NCBI GenBank assembly: GCA_963823555.1
Contig: CAWGMA010000003.1
Coordinates: 96,001 to 160,000, forward strand
From: Candidatus Eiseniibacteriota bacterium
GTDB taxonomy: Bacteria; Eisenbacteria; RBG-16-71-46; CAVPCR01
Direction of reading: 5' to 3'
Length of the DNA: 64,000 nucleotides
The notes beneath the pieces are model-generated. The model searched no databases and was not told where the DNA came from. It saw only the letters and a program-made list of their open reading frames with translations. Positions 50,881-63,150 of this stretch are shown piece by piece. The position numbers and the translations under genes were made by a program. Position 1 is the stretch's first letter. Every line of letters starts with the position of its first letter.

Positions 50881-50912
50881 ATCGCATCCCGCAAGGGGTG
50901 ATTGGCTGAACC

Positions 50913-50951
50913 GAAGGCGGGCGCCGGCAACGGCGCCCGCCTTCTGCCTTT
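50913..50951 (+). terminator. Intrinsic terminator
   Basis: GAAGGCGGGCGCCG-GCAA-CGGCGCCCGCCTTC perfect 14-bp stem plus TGCCTTT; a second GCAA-loop hairpin at 50881-50902. Confidence 0.7.
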
Positions 50952-51127
50952 GGAGCCTGGGCGCGCGCCCAGGCCGAGCACCGGCCCGAAGACAGGTGAT
51001 GCACGGGACCCCGGGTCGCGCTATGCTTGATGGTGCGAGCCTGGCGGGCGCCTCCCCGGCGCTCCCGCTTATCCCACCAGCACCTACGCCCGCCGTTCCC
51101 GCTGGAGAACGCGCAGAGGACATACCC

Positions 51128-53407
51128 ATGCTTCGCAGGTTGACGACGACGCTCTGTGCCGCCCTGATCCTGGGCTCCGGTCTCTCCATTCTCGCGGCGA
51201 GCCCGGCCGGCGCCGCTTCGCCCCTCTGGTCTGACATGTCCCTGGCCGCCATCGCTCCTACCGGAGAGCGGGACATCGTGCCTGAGCAGTACCGAGTGCT
51301 CGCCCTGGATGTCGAGGCGCTGCGCGCGTTGCTCGCGCGCACCCCGCTCGAGAGCGCCGCGCCGGTGGGGGAGGGCACCGAGATCGAGCTGCCGCTTCCC
51401 GACGGTCGCTCCGGCCGTTTCCAGATCGTCGAGTCGCCGGTCATGCACCCGGATCTGGGGGCGCAGTATCCCGAGATCCGCACCTACTCCGGCCGCGGCC
51501 TCGATGACGCCACGGCCACCGTCCGTCTGGATCTCACGCCGGCCGGCTTCCACGCCCTCATCCTGGCCGCCGGTGGCTCGATCTACATCGATCCCCTGCA
51601 GAGGAGCGATGTGACCCACTACCAGAGCTACTGGAAGCGGGACTTCGTCTCGGACCGGGGTCTGGGCTGCACGTTGCTCGATGAGGACAACATGGCGGCC
51701 GAGATCGCGGCCCTCGTCGCCGCTACCGGCGGCGCCCAGCGTTCGGGCACGCAGCTTCGCACCTACCGCACCGCCGTCGCCGCCACCGGCGAGTACACGA
51801 TCTTCCACGGCGGGACGGTGGCTCTGGGCCTCGCCGCGGTGACGACCGCGATGAACCGGGTCACCGGGGTCTACGAGCGCGAGGTCTCGATCCGCATGGA
51901 GCTCGTTTCCAACAACAACCTCATCATCTACACCAACCCGAGCACCGATCCCTACACCAACAATGACGGATTCACCATGCTCGGCCAGAACCAGACGAAC
52001 CTCGACGCGGTGATCGGGAGCGCCAACTACGACATCGGGCACGTGTTCTCGACGGGTGGGGGCGGGGTGGCCTCGCTGGGTGTCGTGTGCCGCTCCGGGC
52101 TCAAGGCCCGCGGCGTGACCGGGCTGCCACAGCCCACCGGCGATCCGTTCTACATCGACTATGTCGCCCATGAGATAGGCCATCAGTACGGTGGCAACCA
52201 CAGCTTCAACGGCAACGCCGGGGCTTGCGCCGGCGGCAATCGCAATGCCTCGACCGCGTACGAGCCGGGGAGCGGGTCGACGATCATGGCCTACGCCGGG
52301 ATCTGCAGCCCGCAGAATCTGCAGCTCCACAGCGACGACTACTTCCACTGGATCAACATCCAGGAGATCGTCAACTACTCGACCATCGGATCGGGCAACA
52401 GCTGTCCCGTGACCACCGCGACCGGCGTCCTCGAGCCGGTCGTCGAGGCCGGTACCGGCGGGTTCACGATTCCCCTGCGCACGCCCTTCGTGCTGACCGC
52501 CTCGGCGACCACCACCGGAACCCCGACCTACTGCTGGGAGGAATCCGACCTCGGGCCGGCGGGAGCGCCGAGCTCGCCGTCCGGCAACGCGCCCATCTTC
52601 CGCTCGTTCGACCCGGTGGCGAGTCCATCGCGCACTTTCCCCAAGCTGAGCGACATCATCTTCAATACGCAGACGATCGGCGAGATCCTGCCCACGTACG
52701 CCCGCAACCTGTCGTTCAGGGTCACCGTGCGTGACTTCCAGGTGGGCGGCGTCGGTGTGGCGAACGATCAGATCTCCTTTGCCGTGTCCTCCGCGGGGCC
52801 CTTCCTCGTCACCGCGCCGAACACCGCGGTGCAGTGGCCGGGTGGTACTCAGCAGGCGGTCAGCTGGGATGTCGCGGGCACCAATGTGGCGCCGATCAGC
52901 TGCCAGACCGTGAACATCCTCCTCTCGACCGACGCCGGGAACAACTTCAACACCGTGCTCGTTTCCGGAACGCCGAATGACGGCACGGAGAACGTCGTCG
53001 TCCCCAACATCCCCACGACCTTCGCGCGCATCAAGGTGGAGGCGGCGGACAACATCTTCTTCGACATGTCGAACGCGAACTTCCAGATCCTGGCCTCGAC
53101 CGCCGTCACCGAGACCGCGGCCGCACCGGCCGGGCTCGCCCTGCACGCCAACCGCCCGAACCCGTTCAATCCGGTGACGACCCTGAGCTTCGACCTGCCG
53201 GTGGCAGGTCACGCTACGCTCAAGGTGTACGACTCGAGTGGGAGGCTGGTGCGAACGCTCGTCGACGGCACGATCGCTGCGGGACAGCACGCCGCGGTCT
53301 GGGATGGCACCGATCAAGCAGGCCGGGCCGTGGGGTCGGGGATCTACCTCTACGAGCTACGCGCCGCCGGCCGGACCCTCACCGGCCGCATGACGCTCGT
53401 CAAGTAA
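51128..53407 (+). CDS. Secreted reprolysin-like (M12B) zinc metallopeptidase with FlgD-Ig C-terminal domain
   Basis: HEIGHQYGGNH zinc motif, STIMAY Met-turn, NRPNPFNPVT...RMTLVK. Confidence 0.92.
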   Translation: MLRRLTTTLCAALILGSGLSILAASPAGAASPLWSDMSLAAIAPTGERDIVPEQYRVLALDVEALRALLARTPLESAAPVGEGTEIELPLPDGRSGRFQIVESPVMHPDLGAQYPEIRTYSGRGLDDATATVRLDLTPAGFHALILAAGGSIYIDPLQRSDVTHYQSYWKRDFVSDRGLGCTLLDEDNMAAEIAALVAATGGAQRSGTQLRTYRTAVAATGEYTIFHGGTVALGLAAVTTAMNRVTGVYEREVSIRMELVSNNNLIIYTNPSTDPYTNNDGFTMLGQNQTNLDAVIGSANYDIGHVFSTGGGGVASLGVVCRSGLKARGVTGLPQPTGDPFYIDYVAHEIGHQYGGNHSFNGNAGACAGGNRNASTAYEPGSGSTIMAYAGICSPQNLQLHSDDYFHWINIQEIVNYSTIGSGNSCPVTTATGVLEPVVEAGTGGFTIPLRTPFVLTASATTTGTPTYCWEESDLGPAGAPSSPSGNAPIFRSFDPVASPSRTFPKLSDIIFNTQTIGEILPTYARNLSFRVTVRDFQVGGVGVANDQISFAVSSAGPFLVTAPNTAVQWPGGTQQAVSWDVAGTNVAPISCQTVNILLSTDAGNNFNTVLVSGTPNDGTENVVVPNIPTTFARIKVEAADNIFFDMSNANFQILASTAVTETAAAPAGLALHANRPNPFNPVTTLSFDLPVAGHATLKVYDSSGRLVRTLVDGTIAAGQHAAVWDGTDQAGRAVGSGIYLYELRAAGRTLTGRMTLVK

Positions 53408-53413
53408 ACGCCG

Positions 53414-53433
53414 CCGGCCGCTGCGGCGGCCGG
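53414..53433. terminator. GC hairpin between convergent genes
   Basis: CCGGCCGC-TGCG-GCGGCCGG; no U tract. Confidence 0.35.
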
Positions 53434-53490
53434 GCTGGTCCTAAGCGGGGCGTCCGGCTCATGCCGGCGCCCCGCAGGTGTTTGGAGCGG

Positions 53491-55299
53491 TCAGCTCTTC
53501 AAGCTCCACTTCGGCCGCTGCTGGCGAGAGAGGACGCGCTTGCGGAGCCGGATCGCGCTCGGCGTCACCTCGACGAGCTCGTCCTCGGCGATGAAGGCGA
53601 GGGATTCCTCGAGCCCCATCTGGTGCGGCGGGATCAGGCGGATCGTCTCCTCACCGGTCGAGGAGCGGATGTTGGTGAGCTTCTTCTCCTTGGCGGCGTT
53701 GACGTCGAGATCGCCGGGGCGGGAGTGCTCGCCGACGACGAGACCTTCGTAGAGCGGCATCCCCGCCCCGATGAAGAGAACGCCACGGTCCTGCAAGTGC
53801 TCGAGGGCGTACGCGGTCGAGGGACCGGGTCGATCGGCGACCAGGGACCCCGTCGAACGGGCGGGGATCGGTCCCGCCCACGGCTGGTAGCCGGCAAAGA
53901 GCCGGTTCAGGATTCCCGTGCCGCGAGTGTCGGTGAGGAACTCGCTCCGGAAGCCGATGAGTCCCCGGGCGGGGATGATGAACGTCATGCGCACCCGCCC
54001 GGTGCCATGGTTCACCATTCCGGACAGCCGTCCCTTGCGAGAGGAGAGCTTCTGCGTCACGACACCGATGAATTCCTCGGGGCAGTCGACGTACAGCTCC
54101 TCGTAAGGCTCATGCTTCTGCCCGTTGATCTCCTTCAAGATGACCTCGGGCTTCCCGGCGGCGAGCTCGAAACCTTCCCGGCGCATCATCTCGATCAGGA
54201 TGGCGAGCTGGAGCTCGCCCCGCCCCTGGACCTCGAAGGAGTCCGCCGTCGCGGTCGGCAGCACGCGGATCGAGACGTTGATGCGGTCTTCATGCTCGAG
54301 GCGCTCCCGCAGATGGCGGGAGGTGAGAAAGCGCCCCTCGCGGCCGGCGAGGGGGGATGAGTTGACCGAGAACACCATCGAGACGGTCGGCTCCTCGACC
54401 GTGATCGGTGGCACGGCGACCGGCTCGAGCGCATCGGCGATGGTCTCGCCGATGTCGATGCCGTCGATGCCGGCGATGGCGCACAGGTCGCCGGCCGGCA
54501 CCTCGGCGGTTTCCACGCGCTTCAGTCCGTCGAAGGTATAGAGCATGGTGATCTTGGCCGGTACGATCGAGCCGTCGAGCTTGACGAGCGCCACCGGATC
54601 CCCGCGACGCAGCACCCCGGCGTGCACCCGGCCAATGACCAGGCGGCCGACGTAGTCGTTGTAGTCGAGACTTGCGATCTGGAACTGGAGGGGGCGGGAA
54701 ACATCGGCTTGCGGTGGCGGGATGTGATCGATGATGAGATCGAAGAAGGGCCTCAAGTCGGTGCCCGTGCGGTTCGGATCGAGGGTGGCCGTGCCGGTGC
54801 GCGCGTTGGTGTAGACGAGTGGGAAGTCGAGCTGATCCTCGGTGGCATCGAGGTCGATGAAGAGCGAGTAGACCTCGTCGACGACGGCGGCGATCCGGGC
54901 ATCGGGGCGGTCGATCTTGTTGATGACAACCACCAGCGGCAACCGATCGGCGAGCACCTTGCCGAGGACGAAGCGGGTCTGTGGCAGCGGGCCCTCGGAG
55001 GCGTCGACGAGGAGCATCGCTCCGTCCACCATCTTGAGCGTGCGCTCGACCTCGCCACCGAAGTCGGCGTGGCCGGGCGTATCCACGATGTTGATCTTGG
55101 TATCGCGATAATGGACCGCCGTGTTCTTGGCCAGGATGGTGATGCCGCGTTCGCGCTCGAGGTCGATCGAATCCATGACTCGATCCACCACGGCCTGTCC
55201 TTCGCGGAATATCCCACTCTGCCTGAGCATCGCGTCGACAAGGGTGGTCTTGCCATGGTCGACATGGGCGACGATGGCGACGTTACGAATTGCATCCAT
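53491..55299 (-). CDS. typA: Translational GTPase TypA/BipA
   Basis: [41 protein letters not shown]. Confidence 0.97.
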   Translation of the reverse strand: MDAIRNVAIVAHVDHGKTTLVDAMLRQSGIFREGQAVVDRVMDSIDLERERGITILAKNTAVHYRDTKINIVDTPGHADFGGEVERTLKMVDGAMLLVDASEGPLPQTRFVLGKVLADRLPLVVVINKIDRPDARIAAVVDEVYSLFIDLDATEDQLDFPLVYTNARTGTATLDPNRTGTDLRPFFDLIIDHIPPPQADVSRPLQFQIASLDYNDYVGRLVIGRVHAGVLRRGDPVALVKLDGSIVPAKITMLYTFDGLKRVETAEVPAGDLCAIAGIDGIDIGETIADALEPVAVPPITVEEPTVSMVFSVNSSPLAGREGRFLTSRHLRERLEHEDRINVSIRVLPTATADSFEVQGRGELQLAILIEMMRREGFELAAGKPEVILKEINGQKHEPYEELYVDCPEEFIGVVTQKLSSRKGRLSGMVNHGTGRVRMTFIIPARGLIGFRSEFLTDTRGTGILNRLFAGYQPWAGPIPARSTGSLVADRPGPSTAYALEHLQDRGVLFIGAGMPLYEGLVVGEHSRPGDLDVNAAKEKKLTNIRSSTGEETIRLIPPHQMGLEESLAFIAEDELVEVTPSAIRLRKRVLSRQQRPKWSLKS

Positions 55300-55369
55300 G
55301 CGCGGGAGTGTAGCATGCTGCCTCTGCTGGCAAGATCTGCCAGGGGCCGCGTGCCGGGAGAGTTCGCCT

Positions 55370-56164
55370 CTAGCGCGCTAAACTTCCCGGCTGTGGGTTT
55401 CGAGTGGAAGATGTCGTCGTTGCCGCCGCCCGCGGCCTGCCGCCGGCGCCCAGGAAGGGCGACTCGAGCAACCAGGCGGCGTCCGGATAATAGGCGAAGA
55501 CAAGCGAGCCCTGCTTGATGGTGTCGATCAGGTCGCGGGCGACGTCGAGACTGAGCGCCGGACAACCCCAGCTGCGCCCCAGCCGCCCCAGCGCTCCCGC
55601 TGTCTCGGAGCTGACGTAGGGAGCGCCGTGCATGACGATTGCGCGCTCGAGAGCCTGGTCGTTGATGCCGGGTTCGAGGCCCTGCATGCGCAGCGAGTAG
55701 CCGTTTCTGCCGACATAGGTGTCGAGCGTCAAGAACAGGCCCAGACTCGACTGATGGCTCCCCGGCCGGTTCGAGAAGCGCGTTGCGTGGTTCTCTCCGC
55801 TGCCGCGACCATGTGCCACCAGTTCCGCGAACAGGACCTGCCTGCGGTCGAGGTCGAGCACCCAGAGTCGCTGTTCCGTCGACGGGCGGGAATAGTCGAT
55901 GACCGTGAGCAGCGATGGGTTCTCGACAGCGACCGTACCACGGGCCTCGGCCGCCGCTTCGAGCGCGAGTTGCAGCACGTGGAGGTCGGGACCCGGAGCG
56001 GAGGAGAAGTCGGGGGCCTTGACGGCGCGACCCGGGGTCGCCAGACCGGGAAGGGATGAGATCAAGACGGACCCGATGACGGCGAGGGAGAGAAGCGAGG
56101 CTCTGCCGGCCGGAAGCGAGTGCCGGGAGCGCGTGATCCAGCCGTGGGCGGTCCGTCCTCTCAC
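55370..56164 (-). CDS. Murein L,D-transpeptidase catalytic-domain family protein
   Basis: [35 protein letters not shown] 56164 after GGAG. Confidence 0.88.
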   Translation of the reverse strand: MRGRTAHGWITRSRHSLPAGRASLLSLAVIGSVLISSLPGLATPGRAVKAPDFSSAPGPDLHVLQLALEAAAEARGTVAVENPSLLTVIDYSRPSTEQRLWVLDLDRRQVLFAELVAHGRGSGENHATRFSNRPGSHQSSLGLFLTLDTYVGRNGYSLRMQGLEPGINDQALERAIVMHGAPYVSSETAGALGRLGRSWGCPALSLDVARDLIDTIKQGSLVFAYYPDAAWLLESPFLGAGGRPRAAATTTSSTRNPQPGSLAR

Positions 56165-56538
56165 CGAGTCTGTTCTCCGCTGATCCTCTCGGCCGATGGG
56201 GCAGGAAACCCGGGTGGGGGCAGAAGAAGCTGGGAGTATAGCGATGGCCGGGCCCCAAAGCCAGAGCCGCCCGGGAGGGCACCGCCCTGATGGGTGATTC
56301 GGCAATTCGCTGTCAGAGCTTGAGTTGTCCGGCCGCTACGGGTCGGCACCCTCGAGGCTGCATCGCCCGGCCGGAGGTTGGAATCAGGAGAGGAGCAAGA
56401 GAAGGGCGCCCCGCCGCCGCGTTCGCGAGGGCCGCACTCGCGAAGATTCGGCTGGCAGGGCGCCGTCATTGAGCCGGGATCATAGGTCATCCGCGGCTCC
56501 CTGTCGAGCCCGATTCAGTCCTGTCCGGTCGTCCTCCG

Positions 56539-58133
<1,595 letters not shown>

Positions 58134-58134
<1 letters not shown>

Positions 58135-59282
58135 TACTCACCTCCTGGGTCGGGCCGGAGCCCCATGAGCTCCTCGAGCTTGTCGAGAACCTCGCTCACC
58201 TCGGGCAGCACGCCCCCGACGCGCCCGTAGAAGTGGACCGGGGCGAGGCTGCCGGCCGCGAGCCGTACATCTTCGACCATTTGACCGGTTGAGAGCTCGA
58301 CCGTGAGCAGGAATCGTGATTGCTCGGCGAGCTCGGCCAGGGGTTCGGAGGGGAAGGGCCAGAGCGTGATGGGCCGGAAGAGGCCGACGCGGATGCCCCG
58401 TTCGCGGGCGATGTCGACCACGCTCTGCATGAGACGGGCGACGATCCCGTAGGCGACGATCGCGACCTCGGCGTCCTCGGCGCGGTAGGTCGTCCAGCGC
58501 GTCTCCTTGAGCTCGATCTCGTCGTACTTCCGCTTGAGGTGTCGGATGTGGTCCTCGAGCTCGTGGTGGTCGAGGTGGATCGACGAGATCAGATTGTGCA
58601 TCGACGCGGCGTCACCGCGCACAGCCCACTCGGGATCGCCCGGGGGCAGCTTCGGCTCGGGAAGGGTCACGGGCTCCATCATCTGCCCGATGGTGCCGTC
58701 CGCGATGACACAGACCGGATTGCGGTACTGGTCGGCCAGCTCGAACGCGAGCATCGTGAAGTCGCACATCTCCTGCGCCGACGCCGGAGCCAGCACGATG
58801 ACGCGATAGTTGCCGTGTCCCCCGCCCTTGACCATCTGGAAGTAGTCAGCCTGCTCGGGCCCGATGTTGCCGAGGCCGGGGCCGCCGCGCATGATGTCGA
58901 TGAGCACGAGCGGCAGCTCCGATCCGGCGGCGTAGGAGATGCCCTCCTGCTTCAGGCTGATGCCGGGGCTCGAGGAGGCGGTCATCGTCCGGACCCCCGC
59001 TGCCGAAGCCCCGTACACCATGTTGATCGCCGCGGTCTCGCTCTCGGCCTGGATGAACGTGCCGCCCACCAGCGGCAGCAGCCGAGCCGCCTCATGGGCG
59101 ATCTCGCTCGCCGGGGTGATCGGATAACCGAAATAGCAGCGACAACCGGCGAGCACGGCGCCGCGGACTGCCGCTTCATTGCCCTTGATCAGGATCGTGG
59201 GTTGGGAGGAAGCGCGCCCGGCCGCTGGCTTCGGGTCCGACGAGGGAGCGGCGCCCGTCGGGGGAGTGGTGGTTGCGGTCAT
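58134..59282 (-). CDS. 2-oxoacid:ferredoxin oxidoreductase alpha subunit (VorB-like)
   Basis: [48 protein letters not shown]. Confidence 0.92.
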
Positions 59283-59569
59283 CGCTTCTCCTCCTCGCGT
59301 CGATAGACGGAGATCGTCCCCGGCTCGGGGCAAACATAGAAGCAGATCGCACAGCCCGTGCACCCCGAGCCCGAATAGATGGCCGGGTGATAGCCGTGCG
59401 CATTGAACCCATCGGAAAGCGAGATCACCTTCGGCGGGCAGAAGACCACGCAGAGCGAGCAACCCTTGCACAGCTCCTGGTCGATGGCCACGAGACCGCG
59501 ATCCCCGGCAGGGATCTCTGGCTCGCTATGCTTGCCGACCGGGACTGCGGGTGAAGTCGAATGCACCAT
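59279..59569 (-). CDS. 2x[4Fe-4S] ferredoxin, delta subunit
   Basis: [12 protein letters not shown] and [12 protein letters not shown]. Confidence 0.92.
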   Translation of the reverse strand: MVHSTSPAVPVGKHSEPEIPAGDRGLVAIDQELCKGCSLCVVFCPPKVISLSDGFNAHGYHPAIYSGSGCTGCAICFYVCPEPGTISVYRREEEKR

Positions 59570-59585
59570 ATTCTTCTCCTCCGGC

Positions 59586-60086
59586 CTAGGCGGTTCCGGC
59601 CGAGTGCGATTCGGCCTGGCCTTCCTGTCCTACCGGATGTGGCTCCTTCACCACGAAGACCGAGCAATGGGCTAGCCGGACCACCTTCTCCGCGGTCGAA
59701 CCGAGAACCAGGTGAGCAAGGCCCCGCCGGCCATGAGTTCCCAGGATGATGAGATCAGCCCCTTCCTCCCCCGCGGCTGCCAGGATCTCCTCCGCGGCGA
59801 AGCCGACACGCACGCTGACCGTGGCCTCGACGCCGGCCGCGAAGGCCGTGGCCGCGATGCGCTCCAGGCGTCCCGTCGCGCCTTCGCGGGCCCGCGCGTA
59901 GTAGTCATCATAGGTACGCTGGTCCACGAACACCGGGGTTGCATAGGCATTGACCTGGGGCAAGACATGCAGGAGGACGAGTCGCGAGCGCTTCATGCGC
60001 GCCCATTCGATCGCCCAGCCTGCGATCGCCTCGCACGGTTCGCCCACGTCGAGCGGAACGAGAATGGTGGCGATCGTCGCGAACAT
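59586..60086 (-). CDS. Universal stress protein (UspA family)
   Basis: [29 protein letters not shown]. Confidence 0.92.
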   Translation of the reverse strand: MFATIATILVPLDVGEPCEAIAGWAIEWARMKRSRLVLLHVLPQVNAYATPVFVDQRTYDDYYARAREGATGRLERIAATAFAAGVEATVSVRVGFAAEEILAAAGEEGADLIILGTHGRRGLAHLVLGSTAEKVVRLAHCSVFVVKEPHPVGQEGQAESHSAGTA

Positions 60087-60182
60087 GTCTTCTCTCCCAG
60101 GACCTCGTGCTCGCCAGCACCGGGGGCGACGTCGGTACCGGCCGCGCACAAGAGAGGGGCGGGCAACCCGTGGTTATTCAGG

Positions 60183-60420
60183 GCAAAAAGGAGTCCAACG
60201 GCCGGATCGACCCGGCATCGAATGCAGCCCATATCATTATGTAAAATATAGAGTTGTAGCTGACCTTGGATGGCGACCTGACCGGCTCGGTTTTGTCGGC
60301 CGCCATGGTCGGACATTATGTCCGGTATGGAAAATCGGCCGTGGACACGGGGTCGACTGCTGATGCGGATGGCGAGCGGGGGCCCGACTCTGGTTTCCTG
60401 CACCGTGGCACGTTGCTTCC
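60183..60420. promoter_or_regulatory. Divergent sigma54 control region
   Basis: Minus-strand TGGACTCCTTTTTGC 60183-60197; AT tract ~60230-60258; CGGACA-TTA-TGTCCG 60310-60324; GACA-CGG-GGTC 60344-60354; plus-strand TGGCACGTTGCTTCC 60406-60420 (imperfect -12). Confidence 0.6.
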
Positions 60421-60475
60421 GTGACATGCGGATACAGCAGTCCGCCCGTGCCTCCACCCTGGGGAGGAAACCGCC

Positions 60476-60787
60476 GTGCGTGACCAGGACCAGATTCTCA
60501 AGGATCGGGAGAGCGAGGTCCTCGATCGGTTCCGCGCGAACCTGGATCGCGGCCACCTCAGCCCGCACTTCAAGACGCGCCCTCTCGATCACGAGTGGGT
60601 GGATCGGGATCATCTTCTCGTCCACCTGAACGATGTCGAACAGATCACGGAGATGGAGATCCGATCTCTTCAGGAGGCGCTCGTGGTCCAGAGCTCCTGG
60701 ACGATCGTGCCGCAGCACCTGAACCGTATGCGGATCAGCTTCCTCTGCCAGCTGGCGACCCGGCCACCTCGGGATCCGACCCGGTAG
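60476..60787 (+). CDS. Hypothetical protein, 103 aa
   Basis: GGAGG RBS, GTG start, coding-like GC3 bias; no family recognised. Confidence 0.65.
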   Translation: MRDQDQILKDRESEVLDRFRANLDRGHLSPHFKTRPLDHEWVDRDHLLVHLNDVEQITEMEIRSLQEALVVQSSWTIVPQHLNRMRISFLCQLATRPPRDPTR

Positions 60788-61053
60788 CAGCTTGCAGCGT
60801 CGGGATTCGGGCTCCGGACGCGCAAGGCAAAGGAGAGGGCCGGGTGGCCAGAGGCAGCCACCCGGCCCATGTTCCGGCCGTGAGACGGTCCCGGTCGTCC
60901 CACGGGCCGGCAGCGCACGCTACTGGCGTAGCGTCGCGCCCTTGGGTGCCAGGCCCCCCGACCCGACACCCTAGTTGGAGCGCGGTCCCGGTCGCGCTCC
61001 TAAGACTCTATCCGTTCCCCCTGTCGGCCCTGTTTCAGCGGACCGGCTTCAGT

Positions 61054-61521
61054 TCACCCCTGCTGCCAGATTTCATTGCTCCGGCGCGAGTTCTGGATCA
61101 GCGCCAGCACCGCCAGCAAGGCCCGAAGGGCATCGCTTTCAGAGAAGATCCCCACGATCTCGTCGCCCGCCAGGACCGGCAGCGCACCCACCTGATGGTC
61201 CACCAGGAGCCTGGTGGCATCGGCCAGACTCGTGTGTGGGCCGACCACCAGCGGCTTCTGCGTCATGATCTGTCGGACAGCGATGCGATTGAGCTGGGCT
61301 TCGGTCTCCTTGTCGCCCGGGGGTGCCATCATGGATGGCCAGATGGTTCGCAGGTCGCGATCGGAGACGATCCCGATCACGCGTCCTTGCTCCACCACGG
61401 GAAGGTGCCGGAAGCCCCCTGCATCCATCAGCCGACGGGCTTCCAGGACCGTACACGCGGGACCTGCCGTCTCGGGCGCCGGGGTCATCCATTCCTGGAC
61501 TTCGAACCGGGATACTGGCAT
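61054..61521 (-). CDS. CBS-pair domain protein (AcuB-like)
   Basis: VQEWMTPAP...FRHLPVV...GIVSDRDL...VRQIMTQKP...VGALPVL...GIFSESD. Confidence 0.9.
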   Translation of the reverse strand: MPVSRFEVQEWMTPAPETAGPACTVLEARRLMDAGGFRHLPVVEQGRVIGIVSDRDLRTIWPSMMAPPGDKETEAQLNRIAVRQIMTQKPLVVGPHTSLADATRLLVDHQVGALPVLAGDEIVGIFSESDALRALLAVLALIQNSRRSNEIWQQG

Positions 61522-61629
61522 TCGAACGCTCCAGGAGAGCCACGCCGGGGCGCTCCAACGAAGTCCCTTGAGGCAGAGCGCAGACCAACCTGCCGCCTCT
61601 GGCGGGTGCAGTCCGTAGTCCTTTCCCTG

Positions 61630-61771
61630 GCAGGCCCCGTGCCGAAAAGGATGCAGTCATGATAAATATGTAACTTATTGTCATTTCAATGGTAATGGGC
61701 TTGACGCAGGCGAAAGGAGGCCATTCTTGCGGACAAACTGTCGACGCGCCAGGTGGTTGCCCGGCCATGTC
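61630..61771 (-). promoter_or_regulatory. Sigma54 promoter with IHF-like tract and enhancer palindrome
   Basis: Minus-strand CGGCACGGGGCCTGC 61630-61644; TAACTTATTGTCA tract; GACA-AAC-TGTC 61732-61742; TGTC half-site 61768-61771. Confidence 0.65.
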
Positions 61772-61800
61772 GTCACCGTCGAGGGCGTACGGCCCCGGGA

Positions 61801-62334
61801 TCAAGGAGACAGGGGGGTGGTGCCCGGAGAGGGATAGGGTGGGATGTGGACCCGGCGGTCCCGGTCGGCCACGACCAGGTGGGCGGAGTCGCCCCAGGAG
61901 TGAGGGATGTTCGCGGTGTCGAAGGGGTACCGCCCCTCGTCTTCCGGGTCGTAGGTCCGACTCGTGATGTAGAAGAGGTGGGCCTGCGGGCTCTTCACCT
62001 TGCAGCCGTGGGCTACCCCGGGGGGAATTCGCAGGATCTGAGGGGCCGCCTCCTTGAGCCGGAACTGCATGAGGGTGCGATGCGTGGGGCTCGACGAACG
62101 AAGATCCCACAGCGCCACGTCCAGCTCACCGATGGCGACGTACCACCAATCCACCTGCCGATGATGGAAGTGCCAAGCCTTGACCACGTTCTCCGCCATG
62201 AGGCTGTGGCTCCACTGGGCAAATCCCTCCTGGAAGAAGGGATCGCTGGCGCGGATGAGCTCACGGAAGAAGCCGCGAGTATCGGGATGGGTGACCAGGG
62301 ACTTGAACTCGACGCCTTGAATCATGCGGGTCAT
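61801..62334 (-). CDS. dTDP-4-dehydrorhamnose 3,5-epimerase family (cupin)
   Basis: HPDTRGFFRE, VKAWHFH, DLRSSSPT, IPPGVAHG. Confidence 0.85.
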   Translation of the reverse strand: MTRMIQGVEFKSLVTHPDTRGFFRELIRASDPFFQEGFAQWSHSLMAENVVKAWHFHHRQVDWWYVAIGELDVALWDLRSSSPTHRTLMQFRLKEAAPQILRIPPGVAHGCKVKSPQAHLFYITSRTYDPEDEGRYPFDTANIPHSWGDSAHLVVADRDRRVHIPPYPSPGTTPLSP

Positions 62335-62532
62335 TCCGTGGGTTCGACTTGCTGGGTTGCCGGAGCGGATTATCGCATGTCGTGGCCGATCTCGCGATGC
62401 GTCCCGGTGGCGCCTTCGATCCGGCGCATCGCAGGAGGATCCCCACCCTGGCCAGTGGTCGGTTGATCGGGCGTGCACGAAGGGGCCTCCTGTGCCATGC
62501 TTCCGCTCTCCGAGAGGTCTGGGAGTCCCGGA

Positions 62533-63150
62533 ATGAAGACCCAGCAGCACCCGATGAAGGGCCATGACATCCGCCAGGCCCGGCTTCTGGCCGAGCTGCA
62601 GGCGCATGTCCCCGCCGACGGTCAGGAAGCCGCTCACCGCGAGCGGATGCTGGCCCTCGCTGGCACGCCCGCAGATGTGTTCTCCCGCCACCATTTCGTG
62701 CCTGGGCATTTCACCGCCAGTGCTTTCGTGCTGGCGCCGGATGAAGGGGCGCTGCTCCTCATCTTCCACCAGCGGCTCGGCCGCTGGCTCCAGCCTGGAG
62801 GGCACATCGATCCCGGGGACCCGGACGTCCTCGCCGCGGCCCAGCGCGAGGTGCGGGAGGAGACCGGTGTTCTGGGACTCGATGTTCTCGCCGCTCACGG
62901 GCGCCGCCACCGACTCCTCGACCTGGACATCCATCCCATTCCGGCACACGGCGCCGAGCCCCGTCATGAGCACTTCGACGTGCGCGCCTTCTTCCGTGCC
63001 CGCGCTACCGAGCTACGCGCCGGTCTCGGTGTGGGGGCCGCCCGCTGGGTGCCGCTCGCCGCAGTGCTGGAGGATGCAGTCGACCGGTCGGTCGAGCGCG
63101 GCGTGGCCAAGCTGCTCGCCCGGCGGGAAGAAGGAGGATGGGGATCATGA
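62533..63150 (+). CDS. NUDIX hydrolase
   Basis: GHFTASAFV, WLQPGGHID...AAQREVREETG Nudix box. Confidence 0.9.
   Translation: MKTQQHPMKGHDIRQARLLAELQAHVPADGQEAAHRERMLALAGTPADVFSRHHFVPGHFTASAFVLAPDEGALLLIFHQRLGRWLQPGGHIDPGDPDVLAAAQREVREETGVLGLDVLAAHGRRHRLLDLDIHPIPAHGAEPRHEHFDVRAFFRARATELRAGLGVGAARWVPLAAVLEDAVDRSVERGVAKLLARREEGGWGS

Noticed and set aside
47269..53317. 771-, 534- and 839-aa minus-strand ORFs
   Set aside because: Antisense shadows of the TonB receptor, TWG-tail protein and protease.
56170..56535. Riboswitch or ncRNA in the 360-bp gap
   Set aside because: Only short GC hairpins and no recognisable family consensus; an Infernal/Rfam scan would decide.
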